NCBI GenBank assembly: GCA_027067775.1
Contig: JAMOVK010000019.1
Location: forward strand, 1 to 61,082
Direction of reading: 5' to 3'
Length of the DNA stretch: 61,082 nt
Origin: Deltaproteobacteria bacterium
Lineage (GTDB): Bacteria; Desulfobacterota; Dissulfuribacteria; Dissulfuribacterales; QOAL01
The notes below the pieces were generated by a model. It saw only the letters and a list, made by a program, of their open reading frames with translations, was not told the DNA's origin and did no database searches. Both the position numbers and the translations under genes were made by a program. Every line of letters starts with the position of its first letter. Within the stretch, counting starts at the first letter, position 1. This document shows positions 49,541 through 58,635 of this stretch, one piece after another.

Positions 49541-50215
49541 CTATGCCAGTAGAACGGCGATAATTCCTGCCAGGAATATACCGTCAAAGGTACCGGCTCC
49601 TCCAATAGAGACAAGGGGAGCCTGGATCTTCCTGATATCTTTCAGATGGTAGATGTCTGCACCAAGGAGTGTTCCCATTGTTGCGGCAATATATGCAATA
49701 GCAGGGGCATGGTGGATAGGTCCCAAAATTAGTGCAACCAGGACGGCTATAAAAGGTGGTATTATCATAGGAATGGCTATTCCTACGCCTGGGACGGGCT
49801 TTGCAAAAAAGTAGGTAATGGCAGATACCAAAAGGGCTGCAAGGATCGGTTCAAAAAAAATCCCGTTTTTCACCATAAGATAACAGGACAGTAAAAAGGG
49901 GACCACAGCACCGCCAAGATTAATGGCTATAATCATTTGACCATTTTGGTCCTGGGGAACGTTGTATACCATGCCAAAAAACTGGACCCTTTTCCCCAAG
50001 GGTTCATCAAAGGATGGCACCTCGATCTTTTTTATGGGAATGTTTATGTTGCTTCCAAGAAGAGACAGCAAAAGAATGCCTAATGTCTGGCCTTCGGTGA
50101 GTCCGAGCCGTTCAAAGGCAATGGTAATAAGCCCAATATGTATGAATGTGAAGACGATAAAAAAGAAGATTAAAAAGATGAAGAAAAACAGGATACTAAA
50201 TGGGCTAAAAAACAT
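49541..50215 (-). CDS. DUF1614-like membrane protein
   Basis: SNINIP, IAINLGGAVVP, PVPGVGIAIP, GTLLGADI, SIGGAGTFDGIFLAGI. Confidence 0.8.
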   Translation of the reverse strand: MFFSPFSILFFFIFLIFFFIVFTFIHIGLITIAFERLGLTEGQTLGILLLSLLGSNINIPIKKIEVPSFDEPLGKRVQFFGMVYNVPQDQNGQMIIAINLGGAVVPFLLSCYLMVKNGIFFEPILAALLVSAITYFFAKPVPGVGIAIPMIIPPFIAVLVALILGPIHHAPAIAYIAATMGTLLGADIYHLKDIRKIQAPLVSIGGAGTFDGIFLAGIIAVLLA

Positions 50216-50439
50216 AGGCTCTCCATAAATTTGTTAAAGGTATTTTCGAACCTAAAATGAGAAAAGGCAAGTCTAGAATTACGCCTTTTTAAGATCCTAA
50301 CTTCAAAATATTACTTCTAATTTATCTTTTTTCTTGCATTTTGGTAGATTTTTTTTTGTTTTACATTTTATATTTCAAAAGTTTCAACTGGTACGACTGA
50401 TTATCCGATATCAAAAACTATACAAGTTAGGGAATTGTT

Positions 50440-51603
50440 ATGGAATTTAAAAACATTCTTATAGTGGATGACGAGCCTGTTAACTTAAAGATCCTAAAGG
50501 CTATGCTTGTTCCCGAAGGCTACAATGTCATCGAGACGGAAAGTGCTATCCAGGCACTAGAGATCTTGAATAGCATTTTGCCGGATATCATCTTGCTAGA
50601 TGTGATGATGCCTGAAATGGATGGTTTCGAGCTTTGCCGAAAGATAAAGGCCCAGAAAGACAAGCGCATGATTCCCATCCTTATGGTTACCGCCCTTCAG
50701 GATAAAGTTCATAGACAGGAGGCAATGGAGGCTGGAGCTGATGATTTCTTGAGCAAGCCTATTGACCGGGTTGAACTTTTGATCAGAGTCAAGTCCCTCC
50801 TGCGCATAAAGATGTATTCTGATGAGCTGATCAGAAGTTACAAGGTGCTAGAAAAAAAGAATCGTCAGCTAGAAGAACTTGAAAGGGCAAAGGAAGGGCT
50901 GACACACATGATTATACACGATCTTAGAGGGCCGTTAACCAACATCAGCATGAATATAGAGATGTGTCTTATGAAGCTTGATCCTGGTTCGGAGATCAGA
51001 AGATATCTAGATAATGCCGGACGCCAGTGTCTTTACATGAATGACATGATCCAGGGGCTGCTGGATATTCATAAAATGGAAGAAGGAAAGCTCGAAATAG
51101 TTAGAGAATTGGTTATTCCACGGGAGTTGATAGAGGAGATTGTAGAGAGCTACAAACCACAGATACATGCCAACAAGGTAAGGCTTGAAGTAGAGCAGCT
51201 GTCCAGTACCAATCAAATTCTTGTTGATTCCAGGCTTGTAAAGAGAATCATCGCCAATTTGTTGGATAATGCCATACGACATACGCCCCAAAACGGTCAA
51301 ATTGTTCTTAGCATAAAAGATAGTCCAGATGGCAGATATGTGATCTTCACCATTACAGACAGTGGCGAAGGGCTTCATGAAAAATATCATAAACGCATAT
51401 TTGATAAGTTTGAACAGGTGAAACTCAAAAAGGACGGTGTGATCACCGGCAGTATAGGGCTGGGATTGGCCTTTTGTAAGATGGCTGCGGAACTTCATGG
51501 TGGAAAGATTTGGGTGACACATGGGCCTGAAGGAAGAGGTTGCTCCTTTTCATTTTCACTGCCAGTTGAGTCTGGGCATGTTTGCCAGGAGTTCGATGGA
51601 TGA
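50440..51603 (+). CDS. Hybrid response regulator / histidine kinase (REC-HisKA-HATPase)
   Basis: ILIVDDE, LLDVMMP, HDLRGPL, NLLDNA, DSGEG, GLGLAFC. Confidence 0.93.
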   Translation: MEFKNILIVDDEPVNLKILKAMLVPEGYNVIETESAIQALEILNSILPDIILLDVMMPEMDGFELCRKIKAQKDKRMIPILMVTALQDKVHRQEAMEAGADDFLSKPIDRVELLIRVKSLLRIKMYSDELIRSYKVLEKKNRQLEELERAKEGLTHMIIHDLRGPLTNISMNIEMCLMKLDPGSEIRRYLDNAGRQCLYMNDMIQGLLDIHKMEEGKLEIVRELVIPRELIEEIVESYKPQIHANKVRLEVEQLSSTNQILVDSRLVKRIIANLLDNAIRHTPQNGQIVLSIKDSPDGRYVIFTITDSGEGLHEKYHKRIFDKFEQVKLKKDGVITGSIGLGLAFCKMAAELHGGKIWVTHGPEGRGCSFSFSLPVESGHVCQEFDG

Positions 51604-51968
51604 AAAAGAAGGTTTTGGTCATAGAAGACAACAAGATAAACATGAAGCTTGTCAGGACTCTTCTTCAGATAGGAAAGTACGAAATAATGGAGGCGGAAGA
51701 CGCAGAAACCGGAATAGAAATGGCACGGACCGATAGCCCGGACATGATACTTATGGATATTCAGCTTCCTGGTATAGACGGTTTCGAGGCCACGGCAATA
51801 TTGAAATCTGATCCTGTTACAAAGCGCATTCCAATAGTTGCACTTACTTCCTACGCCATGGATGGAGACAAAAAAAGGGCCAAAGAAGTAGGATGCGACG
51901 GTTATATTTGCAAACCTATAGATACCAGGACCTTTCTGAAAGATATTGAAAGATTTTTTGTGTCTTAG
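51600..51968 (+). CDS. Single-domain response regulator
   Basis: VLVIEDN, LMDIQLPGIDG, ALTSYAM, CKPID. Start moved to ATG 51600. Confidence 0.93.
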   Translation: MKKKVLVIEDNKINMKLVRTLLQIGKYEIMEAEDAETGIEMARTDSPDMILMDIQLPGIDGFEATAILKSDPVTKRIPIVALTSYAMDGDKKRAKEVGCDGYICKPIDTRTFLKDIERFFVS

Positions 51969-51987
51969 ATAAGGGCAAAAAATAAAA

Positions 51988-54012
51988 ATGAAAAAAAGCT
52001 TCCTTTTCATATTAGTAACGCTCGCCTGTTGGATGATCCTGGCCATTTTTAGGGTGCCATTTGTGGAGAGTGAAACCATCCAAGACAAAGGTCTTTTGTA
52101 TCTCAAGAACCTTTCCATCTCTGAACTGGCTTCCCTAGAGGTAACATCTGTATCCAAGACCCAAGAAAGGATGGCGGATGCAGATGCAGCCATATACGTC
52201 ATCACCTCTGAAGACATCAGGCGGAGCGGACTGACCTCTATTCCAGAGCTACTCAGAATGGTGCCCGGACTGCAGGTGGCTCATATTGACAGCAACAAGT
52301 GGGCCATTAGTTCCCGCGGTTTTAATGGATGGTATGCAGATAAGCTATTGGTCCTGATAGATGGCAGGAGCGTGTATACTCCCCTCTTTTCAGGTGTGAA
52401 CTGGGATATACAGGATACATTGCTCGATGACATTGAACGCATAGAGGTAATCCGCGGTCCAGGAGCCACTCTCTGGGGGGCAAATGCTGTAAATGGTGTT
52501 ATTAATATTATTACCAAAAGGGCCCAAGAGACACAGGGGGGATTGTTAAAGGCCGGAGGCGGAAATCTGGAACAGGGATTTGGTGGCCTGAGATATGGAG
52601 GGAAAATAGGAACAGTTGGCTGGTACAGGGTCTATGCCAAATACTTTAACAGGGACGCATTCAAAACCAAAGATGGACACGATGCCAAGGGCGAGTGGGA
52701 TATGGGAAGGGCCGGCTTCCGTGCAGATCTTGAGCCTTCTGTTCATGATTCCTTTACTCTTCAAGGAGATATATACAGTGGCAATACGCATGATTATTTT
52801 AAAGATCTGCCTTCCCAGAAGTCGCCCTTCAACGATGATGTAAAAACAGATCTGGATGGAGGAAACATACTTGGCAGATGGCATCGCCACCTATCTGATA
52901 CCTCAGCCCTTACCTTTCAGGTTTACTATGACCGAACTGAAAGACGTTCTATTTACATAAAGGAGACAAGGGACAATTTTGATTTAGACTTTCAGCATTC
53001 CTTCCATGTTTTCAAAAGACACAACATTATTTGGGGACTAGAATATCGCTTGACACACGATAACATACCTACAAGTAGTGTTTTTATCTTTGATCCCAAA
53101 AGCAGAACGGACCATCTCTACTCGGGCTTTGTTCAAGATCAGATATCAATCATTAAAGGCAGGCTTGATCTTACCCTTGGAACCAAGCTTGAGCACAATG
53201 ACTACAGTGGTTTTGAGATTCAGCCAAGCGTAAGGTTGCGCTTTAAGCCTGATAAATATCAGACCTTCTGGGCGGCTGTGTCAAGGGCTGTCAGAACTCC
53301 CTCCAGGGCAGAGCATGACATGAATTTTGTACTTCGGAGATTCGAGATAGGCCCGTCAAAAAATATCCTACTGTTAAGAGGAAATAGAGATTTTGACTCT
53401 GAAAAACTGATTGCCTATGAGCTGGGCTACAGGATAGTTCCACAGAAGCGTTTTTCGTTTGATATTGCCACTTTCTACAATGTCTATCATGATCTTAGAA
53501 CTACAGCTCCCGGCCCTCCGGAAAGCGGTGACGAACTCTTTCATGAACAAAATGTCAAGGTCATACCAGTCAATATAATAAACCGGTATCATGAAGACGT
53601 TTATGGAATAGAGGTAACCGGAACTGTTCAAGTTACCCCTTGGTGGAAGGCCTCGGCATCATATTCTTGGCTAAAGCTTAATCTTCATACCAAGAGGACG
53701 GTGATGAATCTTGAAGTGAGTGAAGGCAGCGTTCCAAGAAATCAGTTTTCACTTAAGAGCTACATGGATCTTCCCCATAACCTGCAGCTTGATACCCTGC
53801 TTTTTTATGTTGATGGCATGCCAGACATGCATATCCCTGGCTATACAAGGTTGGATCTGCGTCTTGGCTGGAACCCGATGAAAAACCTGTCTATAAGCCT
53901 GAAGCTGGAAAACCTGCTTGACAACCAGCACCAGGAATATAGGAGTATTGGCAATCTGGCGGCATCAGAAGTACCTCGCAGTTTTTACGGAAAGATAACG
54001 TGGCATTTTTAA
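51988..54012 (+). CDS. TonB-dependent receptor
   Basis: LSISELASLEVTSVSK, plug motifs LRMVPGL and IERIEVIRGPGATLWG, C-terminal ENLLD...RSFYGKITWHF. Confidence 0.93.
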   Translation: MKKSFLFILVTLACWMILAIFRVPFVESETIQDKGLLYLKNLSISELASLEVTSVSKTQERMADADAAIYVITSEDIRRSGLTSIPELLRMVPGLQVAHIDSNKWAISSRGFNGWYADKLLVLIDGRSVYTPLFSGVNWDIQDTLLDDIERIEVIRGPGATLWGANAVNGVINIITKRAQETQGGLLKAGGGNLEQGFGGLRYGGKIGTVGWYRVYAKYFNRDAFKTKDGHDAKGEWDMGRAGFRADLEPSVHDSFTLQGDIYSGNTHDYFKDLPSQKSPFNDDVKTDLDGGNILGRWHRHLSDTSALTFQVYYDRTERRSIYIKETRDNFDLDFQHSFHVFKRHNIIWGLEYRLTHDNIPTSSVFIFDPKSRTDHLYSGFVQDQISIIKGRLDLTLGTKLEHNDYSGFEIQPSVRLRFKPDKYQTFWAAVSRAVRTPSRAEHDMNFVLRRFEIGPSKNILLLRGNRDFDSEKLIAYELGYRIVPQKRFSFDIATFYNVYHDLRTTAPGPPESGDELFHEQNVKVIPVNIINRYHEDVYGIEVTGTVQVTPWWKASASYSWLKLNLHTKRTVMNLEVSEGSVPRNQFSLKSYMDLPHNLQLDTLLFYVDGMPDMHIPGYTRLDLRLGWNPMKNLSISLKLENLLDNQHQEYRSIGNLAASEVPRSFYGKITWHF

Positions 54013-54044
54013 TCAAAGGGCTATCCAAGATTAAAGGCTGTTTG

Positions 54045-54605
54045 ATGAAACCCGTATTTCTATGTGGATGGGTAGTTCTAATTGTGTTTTTATTCGCAAA
54101 TTCTTATCCATCTGTACAGGCTGGTTTCAAGCCAGACCAGGTTAAGGCCGCCTATATTTACAATCTACCCAACTTTGTATCCTGGCCAGATTTTCAAGAA
54201 ACCGCAGGTGAAGACATCTTTATCATAAAGGTGCTGGGAAATAGATCAATTGCCCGATACCTTGAGGTTCTAACCCAAGGAGAAAAGATAAAAGGTCTTC
54301 CAATAAGCATCGTTTATATTGATTCAATATACCAGGCCCGGAATTGCAAAATATTATTTGTTGATAACTCGTATGAGGATGCAGTGACTGATGGGCAGCT
54401 TGCAGATCTTGCAAACAACGGTATTCTCACCGTGGGAGAGAGCCTTGATTTTTTGAAAAAAGGCGGAATTGTAGGCTTGGTGCCTGTGGACAAAAGGATA
54501 GTGGTAGTTGTTAATCTCTCCATGGCTCAAAGGGCACGAATATCTTTCAGCTCCAAGCTTATGAAAGTCGCAAAGGTTTTTCAGCATGAGCAGGGGGAGG
54601 AATGA
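54045..54605 (+). CDS. YfiR-family periplasmic protein
   Basis: Signal peptide, VKAAYIYNLPNFVSWP, ILTVGES, FSSKLMKVA. Start moved from 54000. Confidence 0.88.
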   Translation: MKPVFLCGWVVLIVFLFANSYPSVQAGFKPDQVKAAYIYNLPNFVSWPDFQETAGEDIFIIKVLGNRSIARYLEVLTQGEKIKGLPISIVYIDSIYQARNCKILFVDNSYEDAVTDGQLADLANNGILTVGESLDFLKKGGIVGLVPVDKRIVVVVNLSMAQRARISFSSKLMKVAKVFQHEQGEE

Positions 54606-56776
54606 GAATGGTGGATTTTCGAGATCTCTCCCTGAAAAACAAGCTCACTTTAATAATACTTGCAACCTCCGGCCTGATGATATTCATCATATCAGTCATT
54701 TTCTTTATCAATGAGGCCATTTCCATAAAGAGATTCTTGAGGCATAATGTCTCTACCATTGCCAAAATTACTGCCCGCAACAGTACAGCCGCCCTGGTGT
54801 TTGATGATTCGGATACAGCCAGGGAACTTCTCCAGGCCCTCGAGGCTGAACCTCATATTGTGGCAGCGGCCATCTATGACAAACACGGGAAGCTTTTTGC
54901 CAAATTTTCCCTTTTGAAAAACGAAGATCTTCCTCAAAAAATAGATCTTAAAAGGGCGTTTCAGCAGCCACAGTTGAGTCCGAATATGTATCTGTGTTCT
55001 AAGGACTCGGGCGGTTTTATGACAGACTTTCTTGATGTGTTAACTCCTGTAAGGCTGAAAGGTAGGCTGATAGGAGCGGTCTTTATCAGGGTGGATCAGA
55101 GGTGGATATTTACTCACATAAAACTTTTTGCAGTCATGATACTTGGAATCATGGTTTTGCTGATAGTCTTTTCCTACTTTATTTCCTCAAGGCTTCAAAA
55201 GATTGTATCAGAGCCAATCGAGAGACTGGTCCGTACCATGCAAAAGGTAAAAACAGAGCAGGATTACTCCATAAGAGTGGCGTCACAATGGGGAAGAGAC
55301 GAGCTCGGAATGCTTATGGAAGGCTTCAACAATATGCTTGAACAGGTGCAGGAACGTGACAGACGTCTTAAAGAAAGTCGGGAACAGCTTCAGAGGCAGG
55401 TTGTACTTCGCACAGAGGCGTTAAAGCTCAGCGAGGCACAGAAACAGAAGTTATGGTTCCAGAAAAAGATCCAGCAGGCCTACAGTGAGCTTGTAAGCAG
55501 GATGAATTCCATTGATATAGACGAAATGCTCGATACCTGCCTTAACCAGATATCGGATGTGGTTGGAGCTGCATGGGGCAGTGTATTTCTATGGGACCAG
55601 CAGGCTGAGGATCTTGTAGAAAAGCAACATTATGTGGCAGAGGTTGTTAACAAATGGAAAGAGCAAAATCCGGCCTGCCTGGATCGATTAAACGATATTG
55701 CGTATAAAAAGGCCAAGGAGGCCTTGGAAAAGAATGAACTAATTCGAGATAATATTAAAGAGGAGCCGAAAAATGGTATTTTTTCATCCTTAGTACTTAT
55801 GGCCTTGCCACTAAGGTTCCAAAACCGTAGTATCGGGGCTCTTGTCTTGGCTGGGCCAAGGGAACCTGATGACTATACCTTAGCCTTTCTAAATAATTCT
55901 ACAAGGCAACTGGGAGTTGCTATCCACAATGCAATGACCTTTGAGGATCTTGTAGAGAAGTCTGCTGAATTAGAACACAGTAATCTTGAACTACAGAGGG
56001 CGTCTAGAATGAAAAGTGATTTCCTTGCCAACATGAGTCATGAATTACGTACACCACTTAATGCAATAATAGGATTTTCAGAACTCTTGCTTGATCAGCA
56101 TTTTGGCAAGTTAAACGATGTTCAAAAAGACTACTTGTCGGATGTGCTTGATAGCGGAAGACATCTGCTTTCATTGATAAATGACATACTGGACCTTTCA
56201 AAGATAGAAGCCGGCAAGGTGGAGGTGTTGGCGGAAAATGTGTCTATAAAAGAAATACTGGAATCGGGTTTTACGATGATTCACTACAAGGCAATGAAAC
56301 ACAATATCGACCTCGCTCTTAATCTGGATGAGTCGGTACCCGAAACCGTATGGGCGGACCAGCAGAAAATGAAGCAAATCGTCTACAACCTGGTCTCAAA
56401 TGCAGTCAAGTTTACTCCTGATGGTGGCAAGATAGAACTTGCTGCCAAAAAGGTGAACAGATCGTGGCTGAGGCAGCATGTTCCAGATGATTTTGTGGAT
56501 GATGATCTTTTGTCCCAAGGTAAGGAAGACGATCCCTTTCTTTTGATATCTGTAAAGGATACAGGTATTGGCATTCCAGAAGAACACATAAAAAAGATCT
56601 TTGATGCCTTTGAACAGCTGGATTCTTCCCGTTCAAAAAGATATAAAGGCACGGGCCTGGGACTTGCTCTTTGTAAAAACCTGGTGAGGCTTCATGGTGG
56701 ACTGATATGGGTGAAAAGCAAGCCTGGTGAGGGTAGCACCTTCTATTTTTCCATACCTCTTAATCAACAAAACTAA
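54602..56776 (+). CDS. Membrane sensor histidine kinase (periplasmic YfiN-like sensor, HAMP, GAF-like, HisKA, HATPase)
   Basis: Two TM segments, AALVFDD, DELGMLMEGFNNM, FLANMSHELRTPLNAIIGFS, NLVSNAVKFT, DTGIGI, GTGLGL. Confidence 0.92.
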   Translation: MRMVDFRDLSLKNKLTLIILATSGLMIFIISVIFFINEAISIKRFLRHNVSTIAKITARNSTAALVFDDSDTARELLQALEAEPHIVAAAIYDKHGKLFAKFSLLKNEDLPQKIDLKRAFQQPQLSPNMYLCSKDSGGFMTDFLDVLTPVRLKGRLIGAVFIRVDQRWIFTHIKLFAVMILGIMVLLIVFSYFISSRLQKIVSEPIERLVRTMQKVKTEQDYSIRVASQWGRDELGMLMEGFNNMLEQVQERDRRLKESREQLQRQVVLRTEALKLSEAQKQKLWFQKKIQQAYSELVSRMNSIDIDEMLDTCLNQISDVVGAAWGSVFLWDQQAEDLVEKQHYVAEVVNKWKEQNPACLDRLNDIAYKKAKEALEKNELIRDNIKEEPKNGIFSSLVLMALPLRFQNRSIGALVLAGPREPDDYTLAFLNNSTRQLGVAIHNAMTFEDLVEKSAELEHSNLELQRASRMKSDFLANMSHELRTPLNAIIGFSELLLDQHFGKLNDVQKDYLSDVLDSGRHLLSLINDILDLSKIEAGKVEVLAENVSIKEILESGFTMIHYKAMKHNIDLALNLDESVPETVWADQQKMKQIVYNLVSNAVKFTPDGGKIELAAKKVNRSWLRQHVPDDFVDDDLLSQGKEDDPFLLISVKDTGIGIPEEHIKKIFDAFEQLDSSRSKRYKGTGLGLALCKNLVRLHGGLIWVKSKPGEGSTFYFSIPLNQQN

Positions 56777-56921
56777 GATGCTGTTCTCATTTCATGTAAA
56801 CAATCTCGACAGGTTTATTTGAACGAGGATCAACAGATGAGGCCCTGTTTTTTTGATTTTGGGTTTAGGAACGATAACTTTCATTGACTAAGGTTCTTTA
56901 TTAACTTTAAAATAGCCAGTT

Positions 56922-58493
56922 ATGGAAAATAACCATCCTGTCAGGTCTAGGAGTAACCTGTCTGTTTTCTTGCCTGCCTTGTCTGTTCTTTTAGGTTTTT
57001 TGGCCGTTTTTGCCGGTCTCAATCTTTACAAGTATCTGACAACCAGACAGGATTTTTCTTCAAATGCGCTTCAGTCCATGGCAAAGGGCGATTTCGAGCG
57101 CATAGATTCCTTTTTTAAAGGAGTTGCCAACCAGCTTACGATAGTCAGGGATCTTGGCAAAAATGGGGTCTTGGACAAGTCCGATATTATTTCATTAAAC
57201 AAGAAATTTATCCCGCTTCTGAAAAATCAAAAAGTATTCAGCGGGATCATTCTGTCTGATAGCACTGGATGGGAATATTTTCTTTTTCAAGAAGATGGGG
57301 CATGGGTTACCAGGATAACAGGTGCCGCTGGTAATAATATCACTTTATTTATCAAATGGAGTAGGCCGGACAGGCCTCTAAAAAGGTGGGAAAAAAGTAG
57401 CGATTATGATCCAAGGACCAGGCCCTGGTTTAAGCAAGAGGAGAACGAGGTCCACTGGTCTGCAGTATATACTTTTTTTCAGACAGGCAGGCCCGGGGTA
57501 ACAGCATCTATAGCATGGAAGACACAAGAGCAGCAGCCTGTTACCATGGTTTTTGCAGTTGACATCCCCGTATCTCATCTCGAACATATTCTTCAGATGA
57601 AAAAGCCTAGGCCGGGAGTTGTGCCCTTTTTGCTGGATTCACGCACAAAAAAGGTGATAGCTGGCAAAATAGAGCCCTCGGAAGGAGACAGGACCAATTA
57701 CCGGCTTCTTCTGGCGGCAACTGTCAAAAAGTGGCAGACAAAGGGGATGCCAGAGGGGACGCCCTTTGCTTTAAAGTTTGACTCCAAAGACTGGTTCTCC
57801 CTTTTGATGCCCATAGCCTCCACGTCCAAAGACTTTTGGTTTGGCATGTTGGTGCCAGAGAAGGTGATTCTGGCTGATTTGAAACATACGTTCTTTAGAC
57901 TGGACCCTAAGGATATAATAGTGGCCATTTTAGGAGGATTGGCTCTTGTGTTGCTGGTCTGGAAGTTTGGAGGCCTTGGCAGAGCCGTTCAGAAGGAAGT
58001 GTCGGATCCACTCATGCGCCTTTATGATTATGTAAAAAGAGGCGAAGGGGACAAGGTAGAGTTTAAGTCTACAGTTAGGACTAACCTCCGTACAGGCAAA
58101 CAGGGAAAGGAGATAGAGCTTGCATGGCTAAAGGCTGTGGTGGCTTTTTTGAATTCAGAGGGCGGAACGGTTCTTATAGGTGTAGACGACAGTGGCCGGA
58201 TAGTTGGAATCGAACAGGATGGATTTGACAATCCTGACAGGTGTATGCTGCATGTCAAAAATCTTATAAATCAACATATTGGAGCAGAATTTTCCAATTT
58301 TATCAATACAACAATGGTTGAGGCGGATGGCAAAGAGATCGTGCTTATCGAGTGTTTCCCTTCAAACAAACCGGTTTTCCTGAAGATAGGCAAAAACGAG
58401 GAGTTTTATGTCAGGACAGGACCTTCCTCTGTAAAGCTCTCTCCAAGCCAGACCATCAACTATCTGTTACATAGCGAGAAGTTAAAGACCTGA
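56922..58493 (+). CDS. Membrane protein with periplasmic dCache-like domain and cytoplasmic Schlafen/AlbA_2 domain
   Basis: TM1; YDPRTRPWF...Y...D Cache motif; TM2; GEGDKVEFKS...AFLNSEGGTVLIGVDDSG...FYVRTGPSS. Confidence 0.85.
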   Translation: MENNHPVRSRSNLSVFLPALSVLLGFLAVFAGLNLYKYLTTRQDFSSNALQSMAKGDFERIDSFFKGVANQLTIVRDLGKNGVLDKSDIISLNKKFIPLLKNQKVFSGIILSDSTGWEYFLFQEDGAWVTRITGAAGNNITLFIKWSRPDRPLKRWEKSSDYDPRTRPWFKQEENEVHWSAVYTFFQTGRPGVTASIAWKTQEQQPVTMVFAVDIPVSHLEHILQMKKPRPGVVPFLLDSRTKKVIAGKIEPSEGDRTNYRLLLAATVKKWQTKGMPEGTPFALKFDSKDWFSLLMPIASTSKDFWFGMLVPEKVILADLKHTFFRLDPKDIIVAILGGLALVLLVWKFGGLGRAVQKEVSDPLMRLYDYVKRGEGDKVEFKSTVRTNLRTGKQGKEIELAWLKAVVAFLNSEGGTVLIGVDDSGRIVGIEQDGFDNPDRCMLHVKNLINQHIGAEFSNFINTTMVEADGKEIVLIECFPSNKPVFLKIGKNEEFYVRTGPSSVKLSPSQTINYLLHSEKLKT

Positions 58494-58635
58494 TCTTCAT
58501 TCTGTTACTATATGGGCGGTACAATCGCAAAATTCGGCCAGACAAAAATTGATGGTTGTATTGGGCATTGCTTAGGAATAAACTTTTGCACATCAGACTT
58601 ATTTTATTTACCCAATGAGAAAGGAGGAAACAGCC

